Origin: a virus
IMG/VR virus record: IMGVR_UViG_3300013120_000110
Span: 14,710-78,709 of that record
DNA length: 64,000 bases
Reading direction: 5' to 3' (one strand)
Position numbers and translations under genes: made by a program
In this document: one piece after another, positions 35,210 to 45,247 of the stretch
Layout: each line of letters opens with the position of its first letter
How positions within the stretch are numbered: position 1 is the stretch's first letter
The notes under the pieces: model-generated
Databases searched by the model: none
Told to the model about the DNA's origin: nothing
What the model saw: the letters and a program-made list of their open reading frames with translations, nothing else

Positions 35210-35773
35210 CTATGCGGGGACTAAGGCCCCAGACCCAAACACCATCGTAATAATGCCATCCCAGGCCAGGACGGCGCCGGTATGCTGGATCGGAGCCTGT
35301 TGTTCCTCTAAGCGGGGCGCTTGCATCCGTGCCATGTCTCGCGTACATCGTATATCCCTAATAAACGGACCAACCGAACCCCACGTTAGGGCGTCAGTGG
35401 TTGTTTCCCAATCCATCAAGGCCCGGAGGATTTCCCACTTGAGCGGTAAAATCCCCTTCCAAATGTTGTCAGCGGAATCGAGAAAGTAGGCCCGCCGCTC
35501 ATCTGTTAGAATCCAAATCCGAAAGCGTAGGTCCACATGCGTACCATCCGAACTCCAGTACATATCCGTCACGCCCCCCACGTTCTCTACCGCCACCTGG
35601 GCTTCACCCTCGGGCAACCGTGCTTGGCGTTCGGGGCGACGTTCGGCGCTTGTGGAAAAGAACTTTATCCGTAGGCGGGAGGGTACTCTGTCGGTAAAGC
35701 CAGAGTTCGCCTCAAGGATAGTCCAGAGGGCGTCGAAGCTCTGGGACAGCGGGTCTTTTTCTGGCGCTGCCAT
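35210..35773 (-). CDS. putative tail completion / terminator protein
   Basis: DP.S..FDALW..LE...F N-terminus; size and position. Confidence 0.5.
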   Translation of the reverse strand: MAAPEKDPLSQSFDALWTILEANSGFTDRVPSRLRIKFFSTSAERRPERQARLPEGEAQVAVENVGGVTDMYWSSDGTHVDLRFRIWILTDERRAYFLDSADNIWKGILPLKWEILRALMDWETTTDALTWGSVGPFIRDIRCTRDMARMQAPRLEEQQAPIQHTGAVLAWDGIITMVFGSGALVPA

Positions 35774-35780
35774 CTATTTA

Positions 35781-36266
35781 TTATGACGGGTAATCTTCGG
35801 TAAGTGTCAGCGTACAAAACACACCCGTTCCGAGCGTGCCTGTGCCTTCTGAGACAGCAACCACAGCGGTTAGAACATCGTCTGCCACGGCGGCTGTAAC
35901 GGATAGCGTACCGGAAACAGCCTCATAGGCGATTTCCGTACTATCCAGCGTGATAACAGCGCTCAACATCGTGGTCCCGTTCTTTTTGAGGTCCACGGTA
36001 ATCGTACTATCACCCGTACAGGGCGTGACGCTACCGGCCTTAAACGAAACCATAGTGGCAGCCGCCCCGGCCACTGTATGCAAAACAACAGTAGCATCAC
36101 TTGACCCTGGACACGCGGCGTTCTGTGAATAGCTAAAGGCATGAAAATGCTCCATCGCCGTCGCTAACACCGCCGTACCACCAGCGGCAAGCAAGAAACC
36201 CTCAGCCCGAATCCAGCCGGGCAGGGCTATATTTTGAGCCCCCATTCGGGATACTTCAGTCGCCAT
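35781..36266 (-). CDS. beta-sandwich structural / decoration protein
   Basis: ITVDLKKNGTT.LS..ITL...DVLT.V motif. Confidence 0.6.
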   Translation of the reverse strand: MATEVSRMGAQNIALPGWIRAEGFLLAAGGTAVLATAMEHFHAFSYSQNAACPGSSDATVVLHTVAGAAATMVSFKAGSVTPCTGDSTITVDLKKNGTTMLSAVITLDSTEIAYEAVSGTLSVTAAVADDVLTAVVAVSEGTGTLGTGVFCTLTLTEDYPS

Positions 36267-36331
36267 AATTTATCTCCTTACCTATTCCGGGCAGGGGACT
36301 ATAAAGCGTCCCCCGGTGCTTTAGGCTTTTA

Positions 36332-37666
36332 TTACTCTCCACCAATCGAACCAGCCGCATAGACCGGAACGTAGTAAGTTGTACCAGCGCAATCAATCTT
36401 GATTACGCCGTCGGCGTTACCATTGCCAGCCGTATGTGTGATAGCAGCAATCTTAATGCCATCCTCATAGGCTGTTCCAGACTTAAACTTGGCAAAGTGA
36501 TCGGCGCCGTCGATATACAGCACCGAACCCCAGTTATCATTTTTTTGGTCCGTGGCGATTGCCACAAAAGCGGCCAACTCGCCAGTCTGGGTAACTGTAT
36601 AGGCACCAGTAGTGTTTAACTCAGCGTAGACCCCGCAAAGGAACGTGTCGGCAGTCTCGATATTGACGTTTCCGCCAATTTCGACCCTAGCCCGAATCGC
36701 ACCAGCCGCATGGTTGGCGGCATTGAGAGCGAAGTCACAAGCACCATCTAGCTCTAGGTAGCCCCAGAGGCCAAAACAGTAATCAGCGTCGAAATCCACG
36801 CCGTTATAGAGCTTCGTTTGCCCAGTCAGTGAGGTCAGGGTAGCAGCCCCAGTATGTTCAGCGGTAATGAGTAACCGAGAAAGCACGCCACGGCGGTTCC
36901 CCGTCAAAGCAGCCCCACCATCGTCAGAATGGAACCTATTGGCAGCAGTCACGCCACCCAAGCTAACTCCATCGCCAGCGGTATTGCCGTGTTCACCGAT
37001 GTAAACACCCATGTCAACAGCTTCACCCTTGGCAAACAGGGCCGAACCCCACTTATCGTTTTTCTGATCCGTGACCGCAGCCACAAAGGCAGAAAGAAAC
37101 GAATTGGTCTGCGTAACAGTATAAGCGCCAGTAGTGTTCAACTCCGCAAACACACCGGCCAGATAAGTGTCGGCTGTGTCAACTGTAACATTACCAGCTA
37201 CTTCGATTCTAGCCCGAAACGCACAGGCAGCATGTCCAGCCGAATTGAGGGTGAAGTCTGTTGCCCCAGCAATCTCCAGGTAGCCTTGGACACCGGCCAC
37301 GTAGTCGGCATCGAAGTCAATGCCGCCAACGAACTTAACTTGACCACGAATGGCAGTCAAAGTTAGGGCGCCAGTGTGGTTGGCAATCACCGCCACGCGA
37401 GAAAGCACCGCGCGAACATCCCCTGTTATAGCTGCGTCTGCGTCATCAAAGAGAAAGGATACTGGACGCTTATTCGTCGCAGAGAGGGTAATACCCTTAC
37501 TGGCCTCACTGGAGTAAGTTCCAGTTGTAATCAGCGCAGTAGTGGACGCCTCTGTTCCACCTGTTAGCACATCAATAGAGGCTAAATCGGCCAGTAGTTC
37601 GGTTGCCCCGGTACTATCGGGGACAATCCCATTAAGGGCCGTAGTTAAAGCCGTAGAAACAGCCAT
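36332..37666 (-). CDS. fibre/spike protein A with two internal repeats, paralog of 38321-39982
   Basis: two copies of VLSR..I.A.HTG...GYLE...AELNTTGAYTVTQT...DQKND.WG. Confidence 0.75.
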   Translation of the reverse strand: MAVSTALTTALNGIVPDSTGATELLADLASIDVLTGGTEASTTALITTGTYSSEASKGITLSATNKRPVSFLFDDADAAITGDVRAVLSRVAVIANHTGALTLTAIRGQVKFVGGIDFDADYVAGVQGYLEIAGATDFTLNSAGHAACAFRARIEVAGNVTVDTADTYLAGVFAELNTTGAYTVTQTNSFLSAFVAAVTDQKNDKWGSALFAKGEAVDMGVYIGEHGNTAGDGVSLGGVTAANRFHSDDGGAALTGNRRGVLSRLLITAEHTGAATLTSLTGQTKLYNGVDFDADYCFGLWGYLELDGACDFALNAANHAAGAIRARVEIGGNVNIETADTFLCGVYAELNTTGAYTVTQTGELAAFVAIATDQKNDNWGSVLYIDGADHFAKFKSGTAYEDGIKIAAITHTAGNGNADGVIKIDCAGTTYYVPVYAAGSIGGE

Positions 37667-37675
37667 GTCATTCTC

Positions 37676-38053
37676 CTAACTCTTGAAAAACGGCTCCAAA
37701 CGAGCCATATCCTCCACGGATAAAACATTCGCCTGATCCGCTCCCAGAGAACCCAAAAGGTCCTCTAGTGTCATTTCGATTGGTTTTAGGTCCGTCTCTG
37801 TAGCTAGAACCGCGCCAAACTGAACAACAAAGTCCCTGTGTTCAGGTGTTCCGCGTTCAAGCGAGACATTATCGCCCGGCTTGGCCCCCGATACCTTCTG
37901 TATCAAGGCGATTCGCTGTTGCTCGACAACATCTGCTTCAGCGCCTACCAGTTTGACATACTTCAAGAGCTTGTACGCCTTCTGGGGCGGTATCCTCAGT
38001 TGCGTAAGGCGAGCCCAGGCTTCACGAGCGCTAAAGATTTCTGCTAATTGCAT
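37676..38053 (-). CDS. putative fibre assembly chaperone
   Basis: L....IP...AYKL.K...LEPF helical family often found beside fibre genes. Confidence 0.55.
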   Translation of the reverse strand: MQLAEIFSAREAWARLTQLRIPPQKAYKLLKYVKLVGAEADVVEQQRIALIQKVSGAKPGDNVSLERGTPEHRDFVVQFGAVLATETDLKPIEMTLEDLLGSLGADQANVLSVEDMARLEPFFKS

Positions 38054-38085
38054 TACATTTCCTCCATTGTTTCATGGGTATAGGG

Positions 38086-38117
38086 AAAAAAGTGGGGGGC
38101 TACAAAGCGGCCCCCCC
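38086..38117 (-). terminator. intrinsic terminator
   Basis: minus GGGGGGGCCGCTTTGTAGCCCCCC followed by ACTTTTTT; related hairpin at 36294-36313. Confidence 0.6.
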
Positions 38118-38122
38118 TCGCT

Positions 38123-38305
38123 TTAAGCATCTTCCTCTGTGACATCGACCTTCAGATGATAGTGCCAAACCTTACCGGCAGGCACCACCTCATCTAGTTC
38201 ATCTTCGCCACATTCGGCCTTTAGCTGGGCACCAGCAGCCAACGTCCCACCGCAAGCGGCGGTAAGCCTCTCAATCGGCAGAATAGTATGCCGGTCAAGT
38301 TCCAT
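38123..38305 (-). CDS. small structural protein
   Basis: GAGG RBS; VPAGKVW motif. Confidence 0.55.
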   Translation of the reverse strand: MELDRHTILPIERLTAACGGTLAAGAQLKAECGEDELDEVVPAGKVWHYHLKVDVTEEDA

Positions 38306-38320
38306 ATCAAACCCTCCTTA

Positions 38321-39982
38321 TTAGAAGGTTTCGGCAGCATAGACCGGGATGTAACCCGGCGTACCACCAATGTCAACCCGCATAGAGTGGCTAGTATTAC
38401 CTGCTGGAGTGGCAGCAACAGCTTTGATTCCATTGGTGTAGGAAGCATCAGCAGCCAAGAACCCAATGGCGTTGTCCGCTCCGTCGATATACAGGGCAGA
38501 ACCCCAAAGGTCGCTCCGCTGGTCCGTTGAGGCAGCCACAAAAGCAGCCAGCACACCAGTTTGAGTAACCGTCCAGGCACCAGTGGTATTCAACTCCGAG
38601 AACACACCAGCCAAATAGCTGCCCGCAGTCTCAATGGACATCGAGCCTCCAACCTCAGTACGAGCCCGCACCGCACAAGCCGCGTGCCGAGCAGCGTTTA
38701 GCCCAAGGTTGTTGGTCCCGCCCATTTCAAGGTAGCCATACAGGCCGCAAACATAGTCCCCGTCGAAGTCGATATTGCTAACCAACTTCGTTTGGGCACA
38801 CATGCTAGCAAGGCTTGTAGCCCCAGTGTGATTGGCAATCACCGCCAAACGAGACAGCATATTGCGCCTATTGCCAGTCAAAGCGGCACCGCCGTCATCA
38901 CCGTGGAATCGGTTCAGGGCTGTCGCTCCACCCAGGTCTAAACCGTCACCGGCAGAGTTGCCGTGTTCTCCGACCTGGACACCCAGATCAGCAGCCTCAC
39001 CCTTGGCAAACAACACGTAGCCCCACTTGTCATTCTTCTGGTCCGTCACCGCAGCCGCGAAAGCTGCCAAATGCGAATTAGTTTGAGTGACAGTGTAGGC
39101 ACCCGTAGTGTTCAACTCCGCAAACACACCGGCCAGATAAGTGTCGGCTGTGTCAACCGTGACGTTGCCAGCCACCTCCACCCTCGCGCGGAAAGCACAA
39201 GCAGCATGACCAGCAGAATTGAGAGTAAAGTCAGTAGCACCGGCAATCTCCAAGTAGCCTTGGACACCGGCAACATAGTCGGCATCGAAGTCAATGCCGC
39301 CAACGAACTTAACTTGACCGCGAATGGCAGTTAGGCTCAAGGAGCCTGTATGATTGGCAATCACGGCCACCCGCGAAAGAACACCGCGCAAGTCACCCGT
39401 TGCCGCATCGCCACCGTCGTCATACAAAAAGGCGATGGGGCGAGTGTTGGTGGCAGACAAGACAACACCAGAATCGGCGGTATTGCCATAAGTGCCTGTG
39501 GTCAACAGGGCGGTAGTCTGCCCATCCGGGTAGACTAATCCCTTGGTGGAACTGAGAACCAAAGCCTTGCTGGCAGCAGGCGTACCGGCTGTAACTCCAT
39601 CAAGAGCGGTGGAACCCGGGACGTTAGCACCTTCGCCCGCCAGCACGCGCCAGCGGAAGTTGGAGCCAATCGCGTGAGACTGAAGCATCATCCAGTCGCC
39701 AGCGGTATCAAACGTCAATGTCGTGGTTCCAGTCTGATCGAACCCGTTGGCGTTATAGACACCAACATCGCCACCATCTGTTTTCAGACTGATAACGACA
39801 ATAAGCCCAGCCCTAACCGGGTCAGGCATAGCTCGCCGCAATGTTGAGCTTGTTTCCGTAGTTGTGGAAACTAGCGGAACATAGAGAAAGCTCCTGTCCG
39901 CAACAATCGTGCCCCCTTGGCCCGGATCAACAATCTCATATTGAGCCTTTGCCAAGTCGGCTAATAGTCTGTGAGCGCTCAT
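38321..39982 (-). CDS. fibre/spike protein B with two internal repeats
   Basis: N-terminal attachment domain then the same two-repeat body as 36332-37666; AGGAG RBS before ATG 39982. Confidence 0.75.
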   Translation of the reverse strand: MSAHRLLADLAKAQYEIVDPGQGGTIVADRSFLYVPLVSTTTETSSTLRRAMPDPVRAGLIVVISLKTDGGDVGVYNANGFDQTGTTTLTFDTAGDWMMLQSHAIGSNFRWRVLAGEGANVPGSTALDGVTAGTPAASKALVLSSTKGLVYPDGQTTALLTTGTYGNTADSGVVLSATNTRPIAFLYDDGGDAATGDLRGVLSRVAVIANHTGSLSLTAIRGQVKFVGGIDFDADYVAGVQGYLEIAGATDFTLNSAGHAACAFRARVEVAGNVTVDTADTYLAGVFAELNTTGAYTVTQTNSHLAAFAAAVTDQKNDKWGYVLFAKGEAADLGVQVGEHGNSAGDGLDLGGATALNRFHGDDGGAALTGNRRNMLSRLAVIANHTGATSLASMCAQTKLVSNIDFDGDYVCGLYGYLEMGGTNNLGLNAARHAACAVRARTEVGGSMSIETAGSYLAGVFSELNTTGAWTVTQTGVLAAFVAASTDQRSDLWGSALYIDGADNAIGFLAADASYTNGIKAVAATPAGNTSHSMRVDIGGTPGYIPVYAAETF

Positions 39983-40033
39983 AAATCTACTCCTTCTAAA
40001 AAGGCCATGCACTCAGGCAAAGGCCGTGAATTG

Positions 40034-40366
40034 TTATCCCTTCAAGCTGACGATTACATCGCCTGATTCAACTGGTGTGGCAACTATCTTCAAGGCACCC
40101 GCGCCGCGAAGCTCACTGGGAATCGGTATGCTTTTAGAGGCCGCAGGGGTACTGGTAATCGCGCTACCAGCCCCATCCTGAGCGGCGTAAAAAGTACCGT
40201 CCGGGTCCTCAGCCGCCCACCACGTCAAAGCAGAGCTTAGTGTTGATCCAGCGGGAATGTAAACCTCACCCTGATTGAACCCGCGATACTCAAACGCTTC
40301 GCTTGAGCTAGCCCCCGCAGTAACGGATACGGTTTGCTTTACTGTAAAACTTGTGGCTTGGGACAT
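40034..40366 (-). CDS. small structural protein, tandem paralog 1
   Basis: FEYRGFN.G.VY.PAGS..LTWWAAEDPDGTFYAA shared with 40370-40693. Confidence 0.75.
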   Translation of the reverse strand: MSQATSFTVKQTVSVTAGASSSEAFEYRGFNQGEVYIPAGSTLSSALTWWAAEDPDGTFYAAQDGAGSAITSTPAASKSIPIPSELRGAGALKIVATPVESGDVIVSLKG

Positions 40367-40369
40367 GCT

Positions 40370-40693
40370 CTACCCCTTTAGGCTTACGATTACATCCCCG
40401 GCGTCATCCCCAACTGCAAGCAAGGCACCAGCGCCCCGTAGCTCAGTGGGAATCGGCACAGCGCTAGACGCCGCTACTGTACTTGTAATTGCGTTACCAG
40501 AACCATCCTCGGCGGCATAAAACGTGCCATCGGGGTCCTCAGCCGCCCACCACGTCAAAAGCGTTAATGCCGATCCAGCAGGTGTGTAAACCATCCCATG
40601 GTTGAACCCGCGATACTCAAACAGTTCGCTTGTGGTAGACGACGCGGTAACTGAAATTGTCTGTTTGATACAAAAACTTGTGTTTTGAGCCAT
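40370..40693 (-). CDS. small structural protein, tandem paralog 2
   Basis: same motif; shared C-terminus GDVIVSLKG. Confidence 0.75.
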   Translation of the reverse strand: MAQNTSFCIKQTISVTASSTTSELFEYRGFNHGMVYTPAGSALTLLTWWAAEDPDGTFYAAEDGSGNAITSTVAASSAVPIPTELRGAGALLAVGDDAGDVIVSLKG

Positions 40694-40707
40694 GCTCTCT
40701 CTCCCTA

Positions 40708-42774
40708 TTAAGCTACTCGACCCTCATGGGTTACGAGATTGTCCGAATAATAATGGCGAAGAGGCCACCACACCCACGGGTCGATTGTCCCAAGCTCCCT
40801 GTCGTAACCCAAAGAATCAGGCAAAGCGGCCTTCTGGTCTGCGCTGACCGAGGCAACTAGCAACTCCTTGAACCGGGCGGCATGGACGCCATCTTTACCG
40901 TACCTGTATCGCTCACAAGCTGCCAAACAACTCTCCAGGATTGTTTCGGCGTGTGGTTGTCCACCGGGGGGATAGACGTTAGTGCTCCCCAGGGCGGCGA
41001 CATTCACCTTGTAGCGGTATGTAAGGTCATAGGCATCGTCGGGAATAGGACAGAATACGATCTCGTAGGTAGTGGCGGCTGTGAGGTCGATTGACTGTGG
41101 CCGTATGGCAGCTATCTCCATCCGGCTAGGGGTTGTGTTATCCATTAACTGCCTGCGCACGATCCGTTCTGACACCACCTCAATCGGATTGTAAAGCAGA
41201 TTCACACTAGGCTCATACGTGAGCGGGCCCATAATCGCTGCAAAATCAGTAGGCAAATCGTAGGCCGCTGAGTGTGCCAAGCTGTAGCTTGTGCCTGCAT
41301 CCACGTCTATCGTCAGGTCGGAAAGCGTAATCTGATTGTCACCATCCCGGCTGGCAACCGACACAGCGGTATATCCCGAGGCGGTAAACGTCCCCTCAGC
41401 AGCCCAGGACGGGAATGTGCCGTCTACTGAAAGCGTTACCACGCCATCCACCACCGTAACCGTGCCAGTATCATACGGTGCTATCGTGCTCAGCGTAGCA
41501 GTTGGCTTTAGGAAGCTCCACTCGTGAGAATACTTCTCCTTGGGTAACGGCGGCGGGGTGTAGAACTGCCTCAAGCCTTGGTGTACCAGCATGTCGATCT
41601 TCCGCCGTTCCTCCGTACTCCAGGTTGCATCATTCCAACTCAGGCCCAACTCGTGGGCCACCCTCTTGAGTAGTACATCATACGTCACGTCCAGTGTGGT
41701 GGCCCCAGCATCGCCTATCGGCCAAGTGGCCGTGGTCAGCTTCTCTTGCTGTGACTTGTCAAGCTGGACACTTGAGGCCAATAAGGCGAAGAAGCGCTCG
41801 CGGTGTGCCCCGCTCTTATCGGCAGTTCGTTCCTCGGCCACCGCCAGGCAGCTTTCGGTAAGCGTCTCGGCGTGGGCTGGGCCCCCATAAGGATATGGAT
41901 TTTCGGCGGACAGAGCGCCCGGAGCCACAACGTACCGCGCCAAAAGGTTTTTGCTCTCATCTGGTTTCGGATAAAGCAATAATTCCCAACGCTGGATGGC
42001 GCTGCTATCAGAGCTTTTTGGTCGTACAGCGTAGTAAACCGGGTCGCCGTCCTGGTCGTCACTGGCTCGCAAGGTTCGTAAATGGTCCTCGGGCACCGCA
42101 ACAAGGGCCTCCAGGTCGGTATCTTCCTCATAGGTTAGGCTGTTCAAGACGCCCGAAAAGTCTGTTGGCAGGGTGTAATCCCCAGTCCCGTTCGTAATGG
42201 CAATCGTCGCCACTGGTTCAAGGAAGCTCCACCGTATGCGATCCTCTTTCTTCTCTAGGTGAACCGCCGATTCATGGACGATCATGCCCTCGGGCGGCTT
42301 GGGTAGCGGTAGGGGCGGAGGCCATAGGAACTGCCGATACCCAGCTTGGACAATCGAATCCACCTCATTCCGCTTATTCGCACTCAGGGCGTCAAACTCA
42401 GTCGAAGACGTAAACTCAGTCCAGCCAAGATATTTCGCTACTATCGCTGTTAAATCCTCGTAACCCACCGATAGCCCGGTGAGTTCACCCGTAGACCCAC
42501 CCGTTACCTCTGTCTCTAGGTAATAGGTGAGCCCTTCATAAACGAACTCCATGTAACAGGAGTAGGTCAGATCGTCCGCTGGCTCCGTGAAGGTATGCTC
42601 ATACACACCTGCAGAAACCACAGTCATGGCCGTATCATCAGCCGTAATGACAGCATCGGTATCAGTCCGCTTCACACCATAGGTGTCAGTTGGGTCTGAC
42701 ATGGTAGGCGTAGCGTCCAAAGCGGTTAGAACGCCTGCAACCTTCCAAGTTCGTCTGACTGTAATAGTACCCAT
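40708..42774 (-). CDS. head-tail adaptor-like protein with tandem-duplicated domain
   Basis: two copies of G.RQF..PPPLP..WSFL.P...LPTDF...P.PD...GG..HAET..ESCLA. Confidence 0.65.
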   Translation of the reverse strand: MGTITVRRTWKVAGVLTALDATPTMSDPTDTYGVKRTDTDAVITADDTAMTVVSAGVYEHTFTEPADDLTYSCYMEFVYEGLTYYLETEVTGGSTGELTGLSVGYEDLTAIVAKYLGWTEFTSSTEFDALSANKRNEVDSIVQAGYRQFLWPPPLPLPKPPEGMIVHESAVHLEKKEDRIRWSFLEPVATIAITNGTGDYTLPTDFSGVLNSLTYEEDTDLEALVAVPEDHLRTLRASDDQDGDPVYYAVRPKSSDSSAIQRWELLLYPKPDESKNLLARYVVAPGALSAENPYPYGGPAHAETLTESCLAVAEERTADKSGAHRERFFALLASSVQLDKSQQEKLTTATWPIGDAGATTLDVTYDVLLKRVAHELGLSWNDATWSTEERRKIDMLVHQGLRQFYTPPPLPKEKYSHEWSFLKPTATLSTIAPYDTGTVTVVDGVVTLSVDGTFPSWAAEGTFTASGYTAVSVASRDGDNQITLSDLTIDVDAGTSYSLAHSAAYDLPTDFAAIMGPLTYEPSVNLLYNPIEVVSERIVRRQLMDNTTPSRMEIAAIRPQSIDLTAATTYEIVFCPIPDDAYDLTYRYKVNVAALGSTNVYPPGGQPHAETILESCLAACERYRYGKDGVHAARFKELLVASVSADQKAALPDSLGYDRELGTIDPWVWWPLRHYYSDNLVTHEGRVA

Positions 42775-43286
42775 TAGCTACTCTCCGTCACTACGCTTGT
42801 AACCTCTGTCGTGATGTTTTTGTTGGCGATAATCGCAGCCTTTAGGGCCTCTAGGGAATCCGTAGTGTTATCATAAGTCGCACCGCCAGTGGTGGCATTG
42901 ATCTCAGCTAGTGGTGTAGCGTCAGATGCTAGCCCGGCCAAGACACCCAACCAATCCGCCAATGAAGTTATCCCGGCCATCCGGTCAACTTCAACCGCAC
43001 CCGAGACAATAAGCGGGTCGTTGTTCTCCGCATACAGAACGTACTCTCCACCTGTAAGCCAATAGTGTTCGATGTAATGAGTGCCGTTAGGGAGTGTTAC
43101 GGTGGCCGCATAATACCCCGTCTCGTTAGTCTCAGTAGTAGCCGACAAGTACGGTGTAATGTCATCGTCGGCTGGTGTTTCGTATTGTGTCTCAGTCCAA
43201 TCGTATAACTGCCCTGAGATATTGCGGGCCGCAACATAGCAAGTCTGTCCAGTCTCGCCCAGTTTGGCGTCTAAATACACACTCAT
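42774..43286 (-). CDS. structural protein
   Basis: TTDSLEAL motif; coupled to its neighbours. Confidence 0.6.
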   Translation of the reverse strand: MSVYLDAKLGETGQTCYVAARNISGQLYDWTETQYETPADDDITPYLSATTETNETGYYAATVTLPNGTHYIEHYWLTGGEYVLYAENNDPLIVSGAVEVDRMAGITSLADWLGVLAGLASDATPLAEINATTGGATYDNTTDSLEALKAAIIANKNITTEVTSVVTESS

Positions 43287-44665
43287 GGTCTTACGCTCCT
43301 AGACAACCAACCATACCGCTCTCCCCAAGTCAAATCCCACAGGTCCATCGCCGTACCCACATAACACAAGCCATTATTCCGATGAGTAGCTACCGATTCG
43401 ATAAAGGTCAGGTGTTCAGCGGCAGTCAGCCCACCCGCAGTTGGTGAGTCTTTAACATCATGGGTGAAGAAGATTATTGCCTCACGGCGATAAATGGCTT
43501 CAGTCAACGCCGTATTGCAGTTTGATAGTTCGGCGCTACTCCATTCCGAGTAATTAAAATTGAACATATCAGAGGGCATCCAACAGTTGCCCCGGTGGTT
43601 CGAGGCCGGGTAAGCGTCTGCCGTATCGCGGTGGGTTTTACCTCGCGCGCCCTTGAACCCTACGCCCGCCAAAGTGCTCGCTGCGGCGTTACCCACACAA
43701 TCGACATTAAGATTGGCACTATGAATGAAGTCTAAACCGCGCCGCCAATCTTTGCTCTCGCAAAACTTCCGGCACCGCAAATACTGGTCAAGCAACTCCA
43801 CTACTGTCGTGGTAATCGTGGTCGCAGAATGGTCCCAGGTATGAGGCGATACGTCGCAAAGGTAGGTGTCGTAACAGGTGTTGACTTGAGCGGTGGTTAA
43901 GGCGGCTACGCTACCGTAATAGGCCGACATATTGCCATCAATCCAACTCCCAGGCAAAGTCAGTGTGCCTCGCATATCCAAAGCCGCAAGAGCCGGTAGG
44001 GCCGTAGTTAAAACGCTGGGGTGCCCATCATCGTAAACGAACATGACAAACGCCCGATCCGGTCGCTGCGTCATTACCGCCCCGAGGTGGACTACGGGAG
44101 CTTGACCGGCAACAGCATCAATCTCAATGCGGATTCGATAAACGGCAAGCGTTTCACTGGCTGCGCCGTCGCCCCAATCAGAAGGCGAGCCAACAGTCGA
44201 AAACCGAAACCTGGAAGAAAACGCTTGCGCCCACTCCCCATCGGCTAACAAGAGCCGGTTGTGTTGTCCATCACCATTCTCATAGAGGTCACAACTGTAC
44301 CCAGTAGGCGTATTGTCCTCATCCAGATAAAGAGTAATCTTGTCGATCTTGGTCAGATCATCGACTTTAAGCCACACTCCCGCGTTACCGATGAAATCGT
44401 AGGTATCGTCTAACTCCATCGAAAGCGAGGCCACCGCACCGCTGTTGACTGTGACCTTCAATGATTGTGACCCAAACACATAATCGGCGGTATCAGCAGC
44501 GGTTGAGCAGTTAGCGGTAGTCCAAGTTTCATCCACCTGGAACCCGCAAACCATCTGAATAGGCATTGGTTCTGGCGTCGGGGTAAGCAAAGCCAACCTA
44601 CCAGCCACGTCCGTTAGGCCACGAACTAACGCCGGTTTCGTCGTTTTAGTTATCGCCTTCGCCAT
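43283..44665 (-). CDS. polysaccharide deacetylase (CE4/NodB-like) with N-terminal carbohydrate-binding-like domain
   Basis: FVYDDG, PHTWDH, IFFTHDV. Confidence 0.8.
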   Translation of the reverse strand: MAKAITKTTKPALVRGLTDVAGRLALLTPTPEPMPIQMVCGFQVDETWTTANCSTAADTADYVFGSQSLKVTVNSGAVASLSMELDDTYDFIGNAGVWLKVDDLTKIDKITLYLDEDNTPTGYSCDLYENGDGQHNRLLLADGEWAQAFSSRFRFSTVGSPSDWGDGAASETLAVYRIRIEIDAVAGQAPVVHLGAVMTQRPDRAFVMFVYDDGHPSVLTTALPALAALDMRGTLTLPGSWIDGNMSAYYGSVAALTTAQVNTCYDTYLCDVSPHTWDHSATTITTTVVELLDQYLRCRKFCESKDWRRGLDFIHSANLNVDCVGNAAASTLAGVGFKGARGKTHRDTADAYPASNHRGNCWMPSDMFNFNYSEWSSAELSNCNTALTEAIYRREAIIFFTHDVKDSPTAGGLTAAEHLTFIESVATHRNNGLCYVGTAMDLWDLTWGERYGWLSRSVRP

Positions 44666-45246
44666 TACAGATACCTATTGGCCTCAACCCTCGGCAAACT
44701 GCCCTGAAGTTGTACGGCAGTTCCGATCCACGATCCAACATCAATCCGACCACTCGCATCACCAGTCGGCAGCCCACCATCTGCATCGGGGGCCACGTTA
44801 GGCAATGGGTTCGTCGTTGCAAGAAGCACGTCGTTCCATTCGGTCACGTTCACATCAGGCTTGTCATTAGTAGACAAAGTAACTGCGGTGCCTATCCAAA
44901 GGCCAACGTCGATTACGGGATAGCCTTCAGTATTTTCGGCTGCAACAACTCGGAACCGGAAGATTACCGCCTCATCAGTCACACCATTAACAGTTGCGTT
45001 TGCCTGTACCGAATACCATTTACCAACATCGTAATCGGTATCATTGATAATATCTGAGGCGTAATAGCAACCCGTCGCGGTACGCTGGGTCATGGTGATC
45101 CCGGCGCGGTTCGCTGCGGGGGCAGCTTCGTTATCCTCGTAAATATCTATGGTGGGCGCAGAATCGGCGTTAGAAACTTGACCCGTCAACCAGTTCCGAG
45201 TGGTACAGTTGAACGTCACTACTTCGTCAAGAGGAAGGTTCATCAT
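44665..45246 (-). CDS. Ig-like structural protein
   Basis: ADSAPT..IYE...TG.Y; repeated IDVG.WIGTAV. Confidence 0.6.
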   Translation of the reverse strand: MMNLPLDEVVTFNCTTRNWLTGQVSNADSAPTIDIYEDNEAAPAANRAGITMTQRTATGCYYASDIINDTDYDVGKWYSVQANATVNGVTDEAVIFRFRVVAAENTEGYPVIDVGLWIGTAVTLSTNDKPDVNVTEWNDVLLATTNPLPNVAPDADGGLPTGDASGRIDVGSWIGTAVQLQGSLPRVEANRYL

Positions 45247-45247
45247 G

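Noticed and set aside
36332-39982. Diversity-generating retroelement TR/VR pair
   Set aside because: Both copies are coding, differences are not adenine-specific, and no reverse transcriptase is in the window
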